A stretch of 64,000 nt of DNA from Nanobdellota archaeon (GCA_018813685.1 JAHJAV010000018.1:9576-73575); one strand, 5' to 3'. Positions 29,162 through 39,600 are shown, counted from the first letter of the stretch. Made by a program: numbers and translations. Notes: generated by a model not told the origin, from the sequence alone.

Positions 29162-29553
29162 ACTCTTCTACCTCTTTTACCGCCTTTTTTCCTGCATCCA
29201 TCGTGAGGCATAGGCGTTACATCCTCTATGATACCTATCCTTAATCCCATTCTGGATAAAGCCCTTACTGCTGCCTGGGCCCCTGGACCTGGATTATTAG
29301 GGCCATTATGGCCGCCAGGTGCTTTTATTTTAACATGAATGCCATTTATGCCTTTGTCCATAGCAGTCTCTGCTGCTTTTTTTGCAGCTATCATTGCTGC
29401 TGTAGGTGAAGATTCCATCCTGTCTGATTTGACAACCTGGCCACCCGAGGACAAAGCTAATGTTTCTGTGCCTGAAATATCAGTAATATGAATTATGGTA
29501 TTATTATAGCTAGAGTAGATATGCGCAATGCCCCATTTTATTTCCTGCTTCAT
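29158..29553 (-). CDS. rps11: 30S ribosomal protein S11 (uS11)
   Basis: Conserved S11 core. Confidence 0.9.
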   Translation of the reverse strand: MKQEIKWGIAHIYSSYNNTIIHITDISGTETLALSSGGQVVKSDRMESSPTAAMIAAKKAAETAMDKGINGIHVKIKAPGGHNGPNNPGPGAQAAVRALSRMGLRIGIIEDVTPMPHDGCRKKGGKRGRRV

Positions 29554-30338
29554 TGTTTCTCCCCTTTATCTGAATTCTCTTTTTCTGTTTTCCCTTCTAC
29601 CTTTTCTGCTTTTTGAGGCTCTTCTTTCTTCTCTTTTTTAGGAGTAGGCTCTTCCTTTTTCTCTATTTTTTCTTCTTCTGCTTTTTGAGGCTCTTCTTTC
29701 TTCTCTTTAGCTTCTTCTTTTTGCTTTTTTGACTTTTTTTCTTTTTTGAATTTAGCGTGATCTGGCTTTTTTTCTTTCTTTTCTTCTTTTTTGTCTTCAG
29801 CAGATTCTTTAACTGCAGGCTCCTGATGAACTAATCTTTCAGGATGATCCTGGCTGGATAAAGCTGAAGTCGAAGAAAATGATATTAATGCTTCTTCCTG
29901 TTTTGAAACTAAATAAGAAGGGACTGTAAGAGGCTTATCTTTGATCATGATATGACTATGAGTTATGAACTGCCTTGCCTGCCTTATTGACTTTGCAAGC
30001 TTATTTTTGTAAACTACTGTCTGCAATCTTCTGGCCAAAATCTCTTTTAAAGTAAGTGTAAGAACGTCTTCTAATTTTGCTGATTCACTAATCAAACCTA
30101 ATGAAGATAATTTTCTTAAAAGCTGAACCTGCTCTTTCTCTGCTTGAGGAGTATCTAATGTGATCAGTTTCTTTGCCTGCCTGGCGTATTTTCTCAATAA
30201 GGATGAAACCCTCCATATTTCTGTCTTGTTCTTTAGGCCAAACTCTGTTAAAAGCTCTTTTTCCTCTTCAATCCTTTCTTTCTGCCAAGGATGTGTTGGA
30301 CCGCTGTATGTTTTTCTTTTTAGTTTTGGATGTCCCAT
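29550..30338 (-). CDS. rps4: 30S ribosomal protein S4 (uS4) with an ~85-aa Lys/Glu-rich C-terminal extension
   Basis: [24 protein letters not shown]-terminus. The tail is [21 protein letters not shown]... Confidence 0.85.
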   Translation of the reverse strand: MGHPKLKRKTYSGPTHPWQKERIEEEKELLTEFGLKNKTEIWRVSSLLRKYARQAKKLITLDTPQAEKEQVQLLRKLSSLGLISESAKLEDVLTLTLKEILARRLQTVVYKNKLAKSIRQARQFITHSHIMIKDKPLTVPSYLVSKQEEALISFSSTSALSSQDHPERLVHQEPAVKESAEDKKEEKKEKKPDHAKFKKEKKSKKQKEEAKEKKEEPQKAEEEKIEKKEEPTPKKEKKEEPQKAEKVEGKTEKENSDKGEKQ

Positions 30339-30404
30339 TTTTTATACCTTAAAAAGCTAGGGTAGAAAAATGCGTTAGCATTTTTTGTGTCCCATTTTTT
30401 ACTT

Positions 30405-30887
30405 TTATACCCTGCCGGCTTTTGAGATTGGCCTAGTTTTTACACCTAAGCTTACCTTGCCTTTGTTTTTTCTGAAGTTGCTCTTTGTCCTCTGGCCCCT
30501 GACAGGCTGGCCAAGTATGTGCCTTACCCCTTTGTAAGACTTCATCTTTTTCATCATCTTGATATCATTATCCTGCATGTAGTTCAAATCGACTGTGATA
30601 ATATGCTTATCTTCTCCTGTTTCAGGGTCTTTTCTCCTGTTAAGAATCCAAGAAGGCGCGCCTGATTTGATAGGATCTTTTAGAACATTATTTATCCTGC
30701 TTAGTTCGTCTTCACCTAAGTCTCCTGTCCTCTTTTTTCGGTCTATCTTTGCTAAATGACAGATCAGATTGGTGAACATGAAGTTAACTCCCTTTATCTG
30801 CCTTAAGGTAATGCCTATAGGCCTGGTTCCATTAAGATCTGTGTTTGCTACTCTGACAATGTGTCGAAAATCTTTGTGTTCTTCCAT
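30405..30887 (-). CDS. rps13: 30S ribosomal protein S13 (uS13)
   Basis: FRHIVRVANTDLNGTRPIGITLRQIKGV. Confidence 0.9.
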   Translation of the reverse strand: MEEHKDFRHIVRVANTDLNGTRPIGITLRQIKGVNFMFTNLICHLAKIDRKKRTGDLGEDELSRINNVLKDPIKSGAPSWILNRRKDPETGEDKHIITVDLNYMQDNDIKMMKKMKSYKGVRHILGQPVRGQRTKSNFRKNKGKVSLGVKTRPISKAGRV

Positions 30888-31068
30888 TTTTAGTCAATAG
30901 CTTAGAATTACAACTGAATAACCCTAATAATCGCTCAGTTGAACTCGGGCTAATATCTTAGTGGGAACTAGTACCCCTTTAAAAAGCTTTGTTTTTCTTT
31001 CTGATAGACAACCGTAAACTATACTCAAATACAAAATCTTTTGAGCAGATTTTGTCTTTTCGTAATAC

Positions 31069-31112
31069 GCAAAGAGCATATTATTTATCGCTCAATTATT
31101 TGTGCTCTTTGC
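31069..31112. promoter_or_regulatory. 10-bp inverted repeat in the divergent S13 / S17e promoter region
   Basis: gcaaagagca ... tgctctttgc with a 24-nt AT-rich spacer. Confidence 0.3.
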
Positions 31113-31158
31113 TATATTAAAACTATGTTTTTAATCTGTTTTGGATTTAAAAATCCAA

Positions 31159-31170
31159 AAGTATTTAAAA
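31159..31170 (+). promoter_or_regulatory. TATA-box-like element for rps17e
   Basis: gtatttaaaagg about 25 bp upstream of the rps17e ATG. Confidence 0.35.
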
Positions 31171-31191
31171 GGAATCAAAATCCAAAAGAGT

Positions 31192-31383
31192 ATGGGAAGA
31201 ATAAAACTACAGCTCATAAAGAGAACAACCAAGAGAATTGTAAGGGAGCACGGCTCTGAAATAAAGGAAGATTTTAACGAGAACAAGAAAATAGTAGAGA
31301 AATATACTGATGTTTCTAATAAGAAGCTAAGAAATGCGATTTCTGGTTATATTACTAAGCTAGCAAAAATAAAGGAAGAGTAA
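31192..31383 (+). CDS. rps17e: 30S ribosomal protein S17e
   Basis: MGRIKLQLIKRTTKRIV...KKLRNAISGYITKL. Start at the internal ATG of the longer ORF. Confidence 0.8.
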   Translation: MGRIKLQLIKRTTKRIVREHGSEIKEDFNENKKIVEKYTDVSNKKLRNAISGYITKLAKIKEE

Positions 31384-31529
31384 AGGTTATTCGGCTAAGG
31401 GCCCAACAGAAAAAACTCCTGTTTTTTCCTATCTCCGCTCGGCTAACGCCTCTGGAGATGCCCGATAGACTCCTGCTTCCAGTTTGTGCTGTTTTGAGAA
31501 ACAGCACGAACGATAAAGGAAGAGTAAAG
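31369..31529. repeat. GC-rich structured element C (127 bp) flanked by a perfect 17-bp direct repeat duplicating the rps17e 3' end
   Basis: DR ataaaggaagagtaaag at 31369-31385 (contains the rps17e stop TAA) and at 31513-31529. The core shares about 50 nt with element A, with compensatory changes in two hairpins, and carries an extra 9-bp stem gtgctgttt/aaacagcac. Confidence 0.6.
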
Positions 31530-31561
31530 TTTATAAGGATTTTAGAATTCTATTGTTTTAT

Positions 31562-31633
31562 GGTGGCCATAGTTTAGTGGTAGAATACAGGACTGTGGAT
31601 CCTGTGGCCCGAGTTCGATTCTCGGTGGCTACC
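31562..31633 (+). tRNA. tRNA-His (anticodon GUG) with encoded G-1
   Basis: G-1 then acceptor gtggcca/tggctac; anticodon stem cagga/tcctg with loop ctGTGga; T-arm ccgag-ttcgatt-ctcgg; discriminator C. Confidence 0.8.
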
Positions 31634-31637
31634 CTTT

Positions 31638-32141
31638 TTATTGTCTTGAGATTTCTATAACATTATGTATTATGTATGGGCTGATGAATGCAAAGACATA
31701 GACTATGCTTATTACTAGCGGAGAATTTATTGCTAATGGAAGCGCTAACTCAGAAGTGATATAATTTGCAAAAGTAGTCATATAATAAGTGTTTATTATG
31801 GCTAATGCAGGAATAAAAATCCATGCAATTATGTGATGGGTGTTGTTTATATGTTCAAGTTCTCTTATGAGCTGGTCAAACAAAAAACCAAACAATGCAG
31901 CTAGAATCACTATAGTGATATAAAGAGGGGCTCTTTTGAAAGCAAGCAAGAAAGGAAAGAGTATAATTGAGATGATCAAATTTCCGATTATTGCGACAAT
32001 GAGAAGAGCCCAGTAAGTGATTGAGTCAAAGAACCTTACCCAGGTCGGCTTATTCTGCTCTGCAGACTGCATTATAGCCATTGTTCTCTGGGCTTCTCTT
32101 GGGCTGTAGCCTTTTCTGATAAGATCTTCGTATTCTATCAT
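31638..32141 (-). CDS. hypothetical membrane protein (about 4 TM)
   Basis: Hydrophobic segments. Last gene of an overlapping three-gene unit. Confidence 0.45.
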   Translation of the reverse strand: MIEYEDLIRKGYSPREAQRTMAIMQSAEQNKPTWVRFFDSITYWALLIVAIIGNLIISIILFPFLLAFKRAPLYITIVILAALFGFLFDQLIRELEHINNTHHIIAWIFIPALAIINTYYMTTFANYITSELALPLAINSPLVISIVYVFAFISPYIIHNVIEISRQ

Positions 32142-32593
32142 TTTTTTGGCTTTACTACGCCTGCAACCAATCTTAGGAAATCCATTGTCTTATTATAATA
32201 TTCTTCTAAAATGTCTATATTGACCTCGAAGCTTCTGTTTTCCAGCTTAGATATCATTGTGACGTGCCTTCTGTATTCTTCTCTTTTAGTGTAAGGGAAC
32301 CTTATAAGTTTTCTGAATAAAATATACATGTCAAGGTAGGATTGTATCTCTAAATCCTTAAATGTGTTTCCCAATAATTCGCATCTTGAAGAGGGTGTTG
32401 AGGGGATTTCACTTATCTTCTTTTTTTCTTTTGCATATTTCAAAAGACTAAGCATGCCATGGTCAAATGTGCTTATCAGACGCTCCAATAGGCTCCTAAT
32501 TACATCGACTGTCCGTGTGTATTTCAAACTTACATAGAACAGGTGTTCTGCCCTCTTTATCTCTTCTGCTGCGTCCTGAAGTGATTCTTCCAT
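32138..32593 (-). CDS. hypothetical alpha-helical protein (151 aa)
   Basis: Overlaps the downstream gene by 4 bp. Weak paralogy with the upstream 167-aa protein. Confidence 0.4.
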   Translation of the reverse strand: MEESLQDAAEEIKRAEHLFYVSLKYTRTVDVIRSLLERLISTFDHGMLSLLKYAKEKKKISEIPSTPSSRCELLGNTFKDLEIQSYLDMYILFRKLIRFPYTKREEYRRHVTMISKLENRSFEVNIDILEEYYNKTMDFLRLVAGVVKPKK

Positions 32594-32594
32594 T

Positions 32595-33098
32595 TTAGAA
32601 ATTAGTTATTGACTTATTAAATACCTCTCTGTTTTTTGTGATTATATCATCTATCTGCTGTATGAATTCCTTGGACTTAAGTATATAAAGTTTCATCTTA
32701 TCTAGTGATATTGTCTTCATCTTATAGTCTTCTGAGCATATTACAAATGCGTCGTTTCTTGTGAATTCGACAGGACTTTTTTTGTGCTGCAGGATGATTT
32801 CTTTTATTTCCTGAATCATGGATATATAATCACTGTCTATCTTATAGCTCTGGGCGCATTTCTGCCTGAAAACACTGAACTTTGATACGAATGTGTCCTG
32901 AAACGGAGGAACCCTTTTATATGCACGTTCATAGTGCAATAAGGCACCTACTGAGTTTGTCAATGCGAGGAATACATTTTCCATGACTGCTAATAATAAT
33001 TTGGGGTCTTTCACCATCGGGTAGGTCATGGTGAGCATGTGATCTGCTACCTGCAGCCTTTTTCTGGCATGCTCTCTAAGTTCCTCATATTTCTCCAT
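32595..33098 (-). CDS. hypothetical alpha-helical protein (167 aa)
   Basis: First gene of the three-gene unit. Confidence 0.4.
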   Translation of the reverse strand: MEKYEELREHARKRLQVADHMLTMTYPMVKDPKLLLAVMENVFLALTNSVGALLHYERAYKRVPPFQDTFVSKFSVFRQKCAQSYKIDSDYISMIQEIKEIILQHKKSPVEFTRNDAFVICSEDYKMKTISLDKMKLYILKSKEFIQQIDDIITKNREVFNKSITNF

Positions 33099-33140
33099 TA
33101 TAATATGTAATGATAGAGAAGTTTAAATAATTTATCATAA

Positions 33141-33482
33141 TTAATCAGATTTAAGCCCTAATATAGCTGCTGCAAGGTCACCATCATGCTGTGTAATGGC
33201 CTGCTCTGCTTCTTCTTCTGTCTTTCCAGTCTGCTCTGCAACTGTCTGAATATCTTCTTTGCTTATCTCTGGAGCTTTTTCTATATCCTGCTCTTCTATC
33301 TCGCCAACTATCTGGAAAGTCTCCTGACCCATCATATTGACTTTAGCTACCTGAGGATTTTTTATTATTAAGTTTTTGTCTTTTGTTTTTATTATTACTT
33401 CTGTAGCTTCTATGTCCTGCTGCTGGATGCCCAGCTTTTTCATAGCCTGGCGCATTGCCCTAGGGTTCATTCCTGGTATCAT
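33141..33482 (-). CDS. nac: nascent polypeptide-associated complex protein (NAC alpha, with UBA domain)
   Basis: NAC domain IIKTKDKNLIIKNPQVAKVNMMGQETFQIVGE and C-terminal UBA-like AEQAITQHDGDLAAAILGL. Confidence 0.8.
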   Translation of the reverse strand: MIPGMNPRAMRQAMKKLGIQQQDIEATEVIIKTKDKNLIIKNPQVAKVNMMGQETFQIVGEIEEQDIEKAPEISKEDIQTVAEQTGKTEEEAEQAITQHDGDLAAAILGLKSD

Positions 33483-33483
33483 T

Positions 33484-33657
33484 TTTTATATTCCTAAAAG
33501 CCTGTTTCCGTAAACATAAAGAAAGAACATTATAATGATTACAACAACACATAAGATAACTATATGGCCTGGCTTGAATTCTATCTTTGATTTGTATTCG
33601 TCAAAGTATCTTACTAAGCCGCCCATCCCTGAGGGCATTGAAATTTTGTCGTTTGCC
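33484..33657 (-). CDS. preprotein translocase Sec61 beta / SecG-like small membrane protein (57 aa)
   Basis: MANDKISMPSGMGGLVRYFDEY then a single TM segment. Not in the ORF track (under 60 aa). Confidence 0.55.
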
Positions 33658-33677
33658 ATTTTGTTTTTTGAAAATAA

Positions 33678-34005
33678 TAGGCAGGGCTGGAATAAGCCAC
33701 CTTTTGTCAGATGATTTCCATCTGTCTTAGCATTTAACTAAGCGTTTTAAAAACTTGCACCGGTCAGGTCTCGCCGTTTCATCCATTCCTCTTAGAGCGT
33801 CTGTCGGTTAACTCAGTTACGTTGCCGTAACCTTCTCGACTTTCATCCTCCTAAAAGGGGGTCTCGTTTCTGTGCGGTTGCCGCACATTGCTGCACCTTC
33901 TTTATGAAGTGACCATAATAGCCAGAGGCTATTGGTGGGTGGACTTTCCTCAGTTCGTACTTACATTGCTGTAAGGAACCGTTAGCTAAGTACCTTCCCT
34001 GCCTA
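33678..34005 (-). ncRNA. rnpB: RNase P RNA
   Basis: Minus strand has GAGGAAAGUCCACC (CR-I / P4 5' strand, plus 33941-33951) and ACAAAAGGUGGCUUA (CR-V / P4 3' strand, plus 33691-33704); they pair with the conserved bulged U. P1 terminal helix aggcaggg/ccctgcct. GC-rich island about 328 nt. Confidence 0.7.
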
Positions 34006-34087
34006 TTTAGATAGAAGTAAATTGGGGTTTATAAATGTTATGGGTTATTTGGTATGCAGTGATTTTGAAATTAGGGTTTTATAATAT

Positions 34088-35329
34088 TCATCTAGATCTA
34101 TCACACTTTTCAAATCTTAATGCTTCTTGATATCCCATTTTAATAACTTCTATTGGTAGTTTACCTACATCAAGACCTAGCTGTTCTTTTTTTTCATCAG
34201 TATCGAATAGTAGGGTGCCTCTTCTTGATAGACTAACAAATGCCCCCATATATCTAAAGAAACAATATTCTGCTCTTGTCATGTTTTCTGGAATGGATAG
34301 GGCATAACTTAAACTGTGAGGGGTATACTCACTAACAGAACGTATAGCATTACGTCTAACTTGCTCTAGATCAAAAGCACTCCAGAAAGTTCTATGGTGC
34401 TCAACTAACTGTTCTGGAATTGCTACATCAGAACCTAAAAAACCCTTAACAAGATTTCTTCTATATAACATATTTGTAGCCTGTTCATATAATCTATATG
34501 ATCTTTCTGCATCTTCCCCTTTATCACAACAAGCTTTGACAATTTGGACTAACCTTCCATTTAGGTTATGTTGGATATCTGCAAATGTATGAATCTGCCT
34601 GGGTGGCTCTGGAGCATTGCGAAGGTATAGTATTGTTCCATCTTCTGCTTGAAAGGACATATCAATTCCATCTTTATCACTTTTCATTATCGCAAAAGCT
34701 AGTCTTTTCTCTGATTCATCTTTACAGTATCTATGGATGTCTGCTTCTGTGGCTTTTCTTGCAGCTCTTTCATGACATCTTGCATCATAGGGGTTATCTC
34801 TCTGTTTTTCTTTTAGACTATCAGCAAAACCATAAAGCTGAGCTGCACGAATTAAATCCAATGTAGGAAAATCATCAAGAGGAGACGTAAATTGTGAGTC
34901 TCCCCTATAATCATAATGATAAAATTCAAAATCAAAAATAGGCATTAATCTTTCATCAAACTGAAACGGGAGGGATAATTGGTTTGCAATACTCCCCCAT
35001 CTTGGTACTTCCAGAGAATGGCTTATTGGATCATGATAACCTGCCATTTCATGTTCTCTAGCCTCCATTACCAATCTTGTAAAATTAGGGATCATAATAT
35101 CAAATTCATGTTTAATCTCATCATGATTGTATGGGAAACCAGTTAGTGCTATAAATTCAGCCATCTTAGAAATAGCAGATGTATAACCATGACACCCATT
35201 ATGTAGTTGCTTAGGAACAAGCTTAGCCATCATTCCTTCTACTAATTTTCCAATGTGTTCTTGATCTGCTCCTACCTCTTGGATGATATCCATAGTTAAA
35301 CCTCTAAGAACCTCTTTTTTATAATGCAA
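34088..35329 (-). CDS. hypothetical protein (413 aa), Glu/Arg/Asp-rich, atypical composition
   Basis: No recognisable motif. Composition differs from the Lys/Ile-rich neighbours. Confidence 0.45.
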   Translation of the reverse strand: MHYKKEVLRGLTMDIIQEVGADQEHIGKLVEGMMAKLVPKQLHNGCHGYTSAISKMAEFIALTGFPYNHDEIKHEFDIMIPNFTRLVMEAREHEMAGYHDPISHSLEVPRWGSIANQLSLPFQFDERLMPIFDFEFYHYDYRGDSQFTSPLDDFPTLDLIRAAQLYGFADSLKEKQRDNPYDARCHERAARKATEADIHRYCKDESEKRLAFAIMKSDKDGIDMSFQAEDGTILYLRNAPEPPRQIHTFADIQHNLNGRLVQIVKACCDKGEDAERSYRLYEQATNMLYRRNLVKGFLGSDVAIPEQLVEHHRTFWSAFDLEQVRRNAIRSVSEYTPHSLSYALSIPENMTRAEYCFFRYMGAFVSLSRRGTLLFDTDEKKEQLGLDVGKLPIEVIKMGYQEALRFEKCDRSR

Positions 35330-35390
35330 ATAGTTAATACGTTTTAAAGCTTTCTAAAACGTTCTTTTATTATTTTAATTAACCAAGAAT

Positions 35391-36545
35391 TCACTTCCCA
35401 CAAACCAATATATTAAGAACTTCTTTTCCTTCGCAGACTACGGCTTCTTTTTCTACCTTGAACTTGTATTTTTCAGCTGCTTTTTTCAGCGCATCCTGGC
35501 TTTTGGAAATCAAGACGACTTTTCCTTTTTTCTTAAGTATGTATTCTGCCTGATAGAAGAACTTGTCGTATAACTTTTCGATATCGCCTATGCTGCAGTG
35601 TTTTGTTAAATCTGGAGGATGGGTAATTATCCTGCCTATGCTTTCTTTTTCCAGCTTTATATCCAGCCATTCTACATCTATTCTTGAGAAATTTATGAAT
35701 TTGTTTATCCCTGCTATTTTTGCATTTTTCTTTGCTGCATTAAGATTCATAATCCTAAAGTCAACGCAGGTTATAAGTGATTTCTTGGGTTTTAGTATCT
35801 TTTTGTCTATTGCATTGAAGAACTTGTCAAAATCAAATGTCTTAAATGTCTTAAATTTAAGGAATGCAAATTTTTCTTTTGAGAAATAATTAACTGGGAA
35901 ATTTGTAGTGAATAATGCAGCTTCTATTGGGATTTCTCCTGAATGGCAGAAAGGGTCAAAAAGGCCTTCCTTAGACGAGAAACCTGCTATCCTTAATACG
36001 GAGTAGGCTATAGTAGATCTTAATGAATTTGGATGAGCGAATAGCTTATACTCTCTTTTGTGCAAATCTCTGCCTGAAAAGTCTATGCCAAAATACGCAT
36101 GATTTTTGTTGATGAACAAAAGGAAAGTTATGCCTGGGTTGTCAAGCTCTACTTTTTGTTTATATTTCTTTTTCTTTTTTATGTTATCTATGACAAAAGC
36201 GCCTGCATCTGCTGCTGCTTGCTCTGAAGATAACTGTTCATTATTTATCTTCTTGCATGTTACTCTAAAAGAAGTTTCTTTGTCAAGCCATTTGTCAAAC
36301 TTAAGCTTAGATATGCTTTTAGAGAGGGCATCTTCAAAATTGCCTTTGAATTCGAAATTATCTAGCAGAAGGATGACTTTCTCTACAGATTGTGCTTTGT
36401 AGCATAATATACATAATTCTTCTAATTTTTTTATATCAAATATTATGCAGGAATCTCTTTTTTCTGAGCTGGCGCCTATAATCTCATTAATCTCAAGAGA
36501 GCATATATCTTCTGTTCCTTTTGAGCAAACAACTAATCCTTTCAT
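35391..36545 (-). CDS. THUMP-domain RNA (guanine-N2) methyltransferase (Trm14/TrmN-like)
   Basis: DPFCHSGEIPIEA (DPFCGSG-type SAM motif) and ITHPPD (NPPY-like) after an N-terminal THUMP-like region. Confidence 0.65.
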   Translation of the reverse strand: MKGLVVCSKGTEDICSLEINEIIGASSEKRDSCIIFDIKKLEELCILCYKAQSVEKVILLLDNFEFKGNFEDALSKSISKLKFDKWLDKETSFRVTCKKINNEQLSSEQAAADAGAFVIDNIKKKKKYKQKVELDNPGITFLLFINKNHAYFGIDFSGRDLHKREYKLFAHPNSLRSTIAYSVLRIAGFSSKEGLFDPFCHSGEIPIEAALFTTNFPVNYFSKEKFAFLKFKTFKTFDFDKFFNAIDKKILKPKKSLITCVDFRIMNLNAAKKNAKIAGINKFINFSRIDVEWLDIKLEKESIGRIITHPPDLTKHCSIGDIEKLYDKFFYQAEYILKKKGKVVLISKSQDALKKAAEKYKFKVEKEAVVCEGKEVLNILVCGK

Positions 36546-36675
36546 AGAATGAGATATTATCAGCTGTTATTTAAATTATCTTCTTTTTCAGTATCACGAA
36601 AAAAGCTAACGCTTTTTCCTAATGTAGTAAATTATTGTCCCAATACCTCATGCATAGCCCGAGGTATTTCATAAT

Positions 36676-39600
36676 TTATACATCATCTATAAGATCCTGC
36701 GCTGTTTTGTCTTCTATTTTCTGTTCTTGTTCTGTTTTGTCTTCAATCTGCTTTTCTTCTTTGGCTTCTATTTTCTGTTCTTGTTCTGTTTTGTCTTCAA
36801 TCTGCTTTTCTTCTTTGTATTCTATTTCCTGCTCTTTTTCTGAATTGTCTTCTATCTCTTTCTCTGGCTCTGAATTGTCTTCAATCTCTTTTGGCTCTTC
36901 ATAGGAGATTTCATTAGCTGGTCCTGATTCTTCTTTAGTAGCCTCTTTTCCATTAACTTCCTTTGGCTCTTCTCCTAAGATTTTTGCTGCTGCAACTACT
37001 TTATCCCCTGATTCAAGCTTCATCAATGTCATGCCCTGTGTTGCTCTGCCTATTATTGAAATTCCTTTTGCAGGAGTCCTTATGGTAATTCCGTTCTTGC
37101 TTATGAACATGACTTCGTCTTCTTCGGTTATTGACTTAACTGAAACTACATTACCGTTTCTTTCTGAGCAGATTATGTTCTTGACACCTACCCCCCCTCT
37201 GCGAGTAAGCCTATATTCAGAAACCGATGTTCTTTTTCCAAAGCCGTTTTCAGTTATGGTCAATAATGCCCTTGTATCATCTGCAACTACCATGCCTATA
37301 ACATAATCATTATCTCTTAATGTAGCCCCTCTTACGCCTTTTGCAGACCTCCCTGTTGACCTTACATCTGTTTCTTTGAATCTTACTGCTGAGCCGTTTT
37401 TTGTAGCTATGATTATCTCTTTTGTACAATCTGTCTTTACAACTCTTATCAATTCATCATTATCTTCAAGAGTGATTGCAATAATGCCTCCTTTTCTAGG
37501 GTTAGAGTATGCTGAAAGCTCTGTCTTTTTTACTGTTCCATTTTTAGTGGCCATTATCAAAAATTCATTTTCTTTAAATTCTGATATTGGAGTAAATGCA
37601 GAGATTTTTTCATCCTGGCTTAACTGAAGTAAGTTAACTACTGATTTTCCTAAAGCCTGTCTTGAGCCTTCTGGTATGTTATAAACTTTTAACCAATGAA
37701 CACGTCCCTTATTTGTAAAGAACAATATGTAAGAATGGGTGTCTGCAATAAAGATGTCTTCTACAAAGTCCTGCTCTTTTGTTCCGGCAGCAATTATTCC
37801 TTTTCCGCCTCTTCTCTGCTGCTTATAGGTGCTTAATGGCTGTCTTTTTACATAGCCTGAATGAGTTATTGTGATGACTGTTTTTTCTCTTTTGATCAAA
37901 TCTTCCATCTCAAATGAATTTAATTCACCACCTGTAATCTCTGTCCTTCTTTCATCTCCGTATTGTTCTTTTAATTCAATGAGCTCTTTTTTGATTATGT
38001 CAAGGATCTTTTTTTCAGAAGCCAATATTGAGGTAAGCTCACCTATTAATTTTATTAAGTCAGAATGCTCTGTCTTTATCTTTTCCTGCTCAAGTGCTGC
38101 AAGCCTCTGCAGTTTCATATCCAAGATAGCCAATGACTGCTTTTCTGTTATGCTTAAGCTTGTCTGTAATACCTGCCTTGCCTGCTCAACAGATCTGCTT
38201 TCTTTGATAAGTTTTATAGTTGTATCTATGTCTTTAAGTGCAATCAATAATCCCTCTAATATATGTGCCCTGTCTTTTGCTTTGTTTAGGTCAAATTCTG
38301 TTCTTTTTCTTACAACTTCTTTCCTATGCTCGACAAAAAAATAGATAAGCTGTTTTATGCCTAATGTCTTTGGCTCATTGTTGACTAAGGCAACTGCCAT
38401 TATTCCAAATGTTTCCTGTAATCTTGTATGTTTGTATAATTGATTTATGACTATGTTTGAGTTTGAGTCTTTTTTTAATTCTATAACAATGCTCATTCCC
38501 GTTCTATCTGATTCATCCCTTATATCACTTATACCCCTTATCTTATCATCATTTACTAATCCCGCTATCTGTTTGATAAGTTCTGATTTATTTACCATGT
38601 AAGGGATCTCTGTGATTATGATGCGGTTTTTTTCTGGCTCAATCTCTGCTCTGCCCCTTACAATTACCTTTCCTCTGCCTGTTTTGTAAGCATGAACTAT
38701 TCCTTCTCTTCCGCAGATTATTCCGCCTGTTGGGAAGTCAGGACCTTTTACATGGTTCATTATTTCATCGACTTCTAAATCAGGATTTTCTATCAAAGCA
38801 ATTGTTCCATTGACCACTTCAGTCATGTTATGGGGCGGTATGTTTGTTGCCATGCCGACTGCGATGCCTGAAGAGCCGTTTATCAGAAGATTAGGAACTT
38901 TTGAAGGAAGAACAACTGGCTCTTCTAATGAGCCATCGAAGTTTGGCATAAATTGAACTGTGTTTTTGTCTATGTCCTGCAAAAGTTCTTCTGAGAGTTT
39001 TTTTAGACGAGCTTCTGTATATCGCATAGCTGCTGGACTATCGCCATCTACCGAGTTATGAACAAAGATTCCGGCAGCTAAAGCAAAATTGTGTGTGCCC
39101 TTGATTGTCAAATCATAAACATCTTCTAATTTTGGAAGAAGTTCTATTCTTAGAATTTTATGGTTGTAGGCTTTTGCTTGTTCAACCATGTCTGAGAAAT
39201 TATCAAAGTATTGTAATGCTGTGTTTATTTTTGGAAAGCAATTATTGGTTCTTTCTTTTCCATAGATTTCAGGTGTTATTTCTTCATATTTGTGAGTGAT
39301 TGAATTGACAAAACACAATATCTTGCTTTTCATTACTTTTTCTTTGTAAGAAGGATCCTGCCATTTTTTCTTCAGGGAAACGGCTGCTTTTTCTGCCAGT
39401 TCATTCATTAAGTTGGAGTTTTCTTTTAGTCTCTGCTTATTATTTTCTTTTATTGCTTTAATGATTTTTTCACGGAATTCAAGATCTTGCCATTGTGAAA
39501 CCGCTTTTTTGCTGTGAGCTTCTTTTATTGATGGATCTTCCCATAACTTTTTTGCCATCTTACTGAAATGGTTTTTAGGGAATTTGGACCTATATCCACT

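Noticed and set aside
33678-34005. Alternative reading of the GC-rich block as SRP (7S) RNA because of GGUCAGGUC
   Set aside because: There is no helix-8 GNRA/GGAA context, whereas both strands of the RNase P P4 pseudoknot with the bulged U are present on the minus strand.
36635-36904. Ser/Cys/Leu-rich 89-aa ORF on the plus strand
   Set aside because: It is the antisense reading of the tandem-repeat-encoded GyrA tail and a low-complexity artefact.
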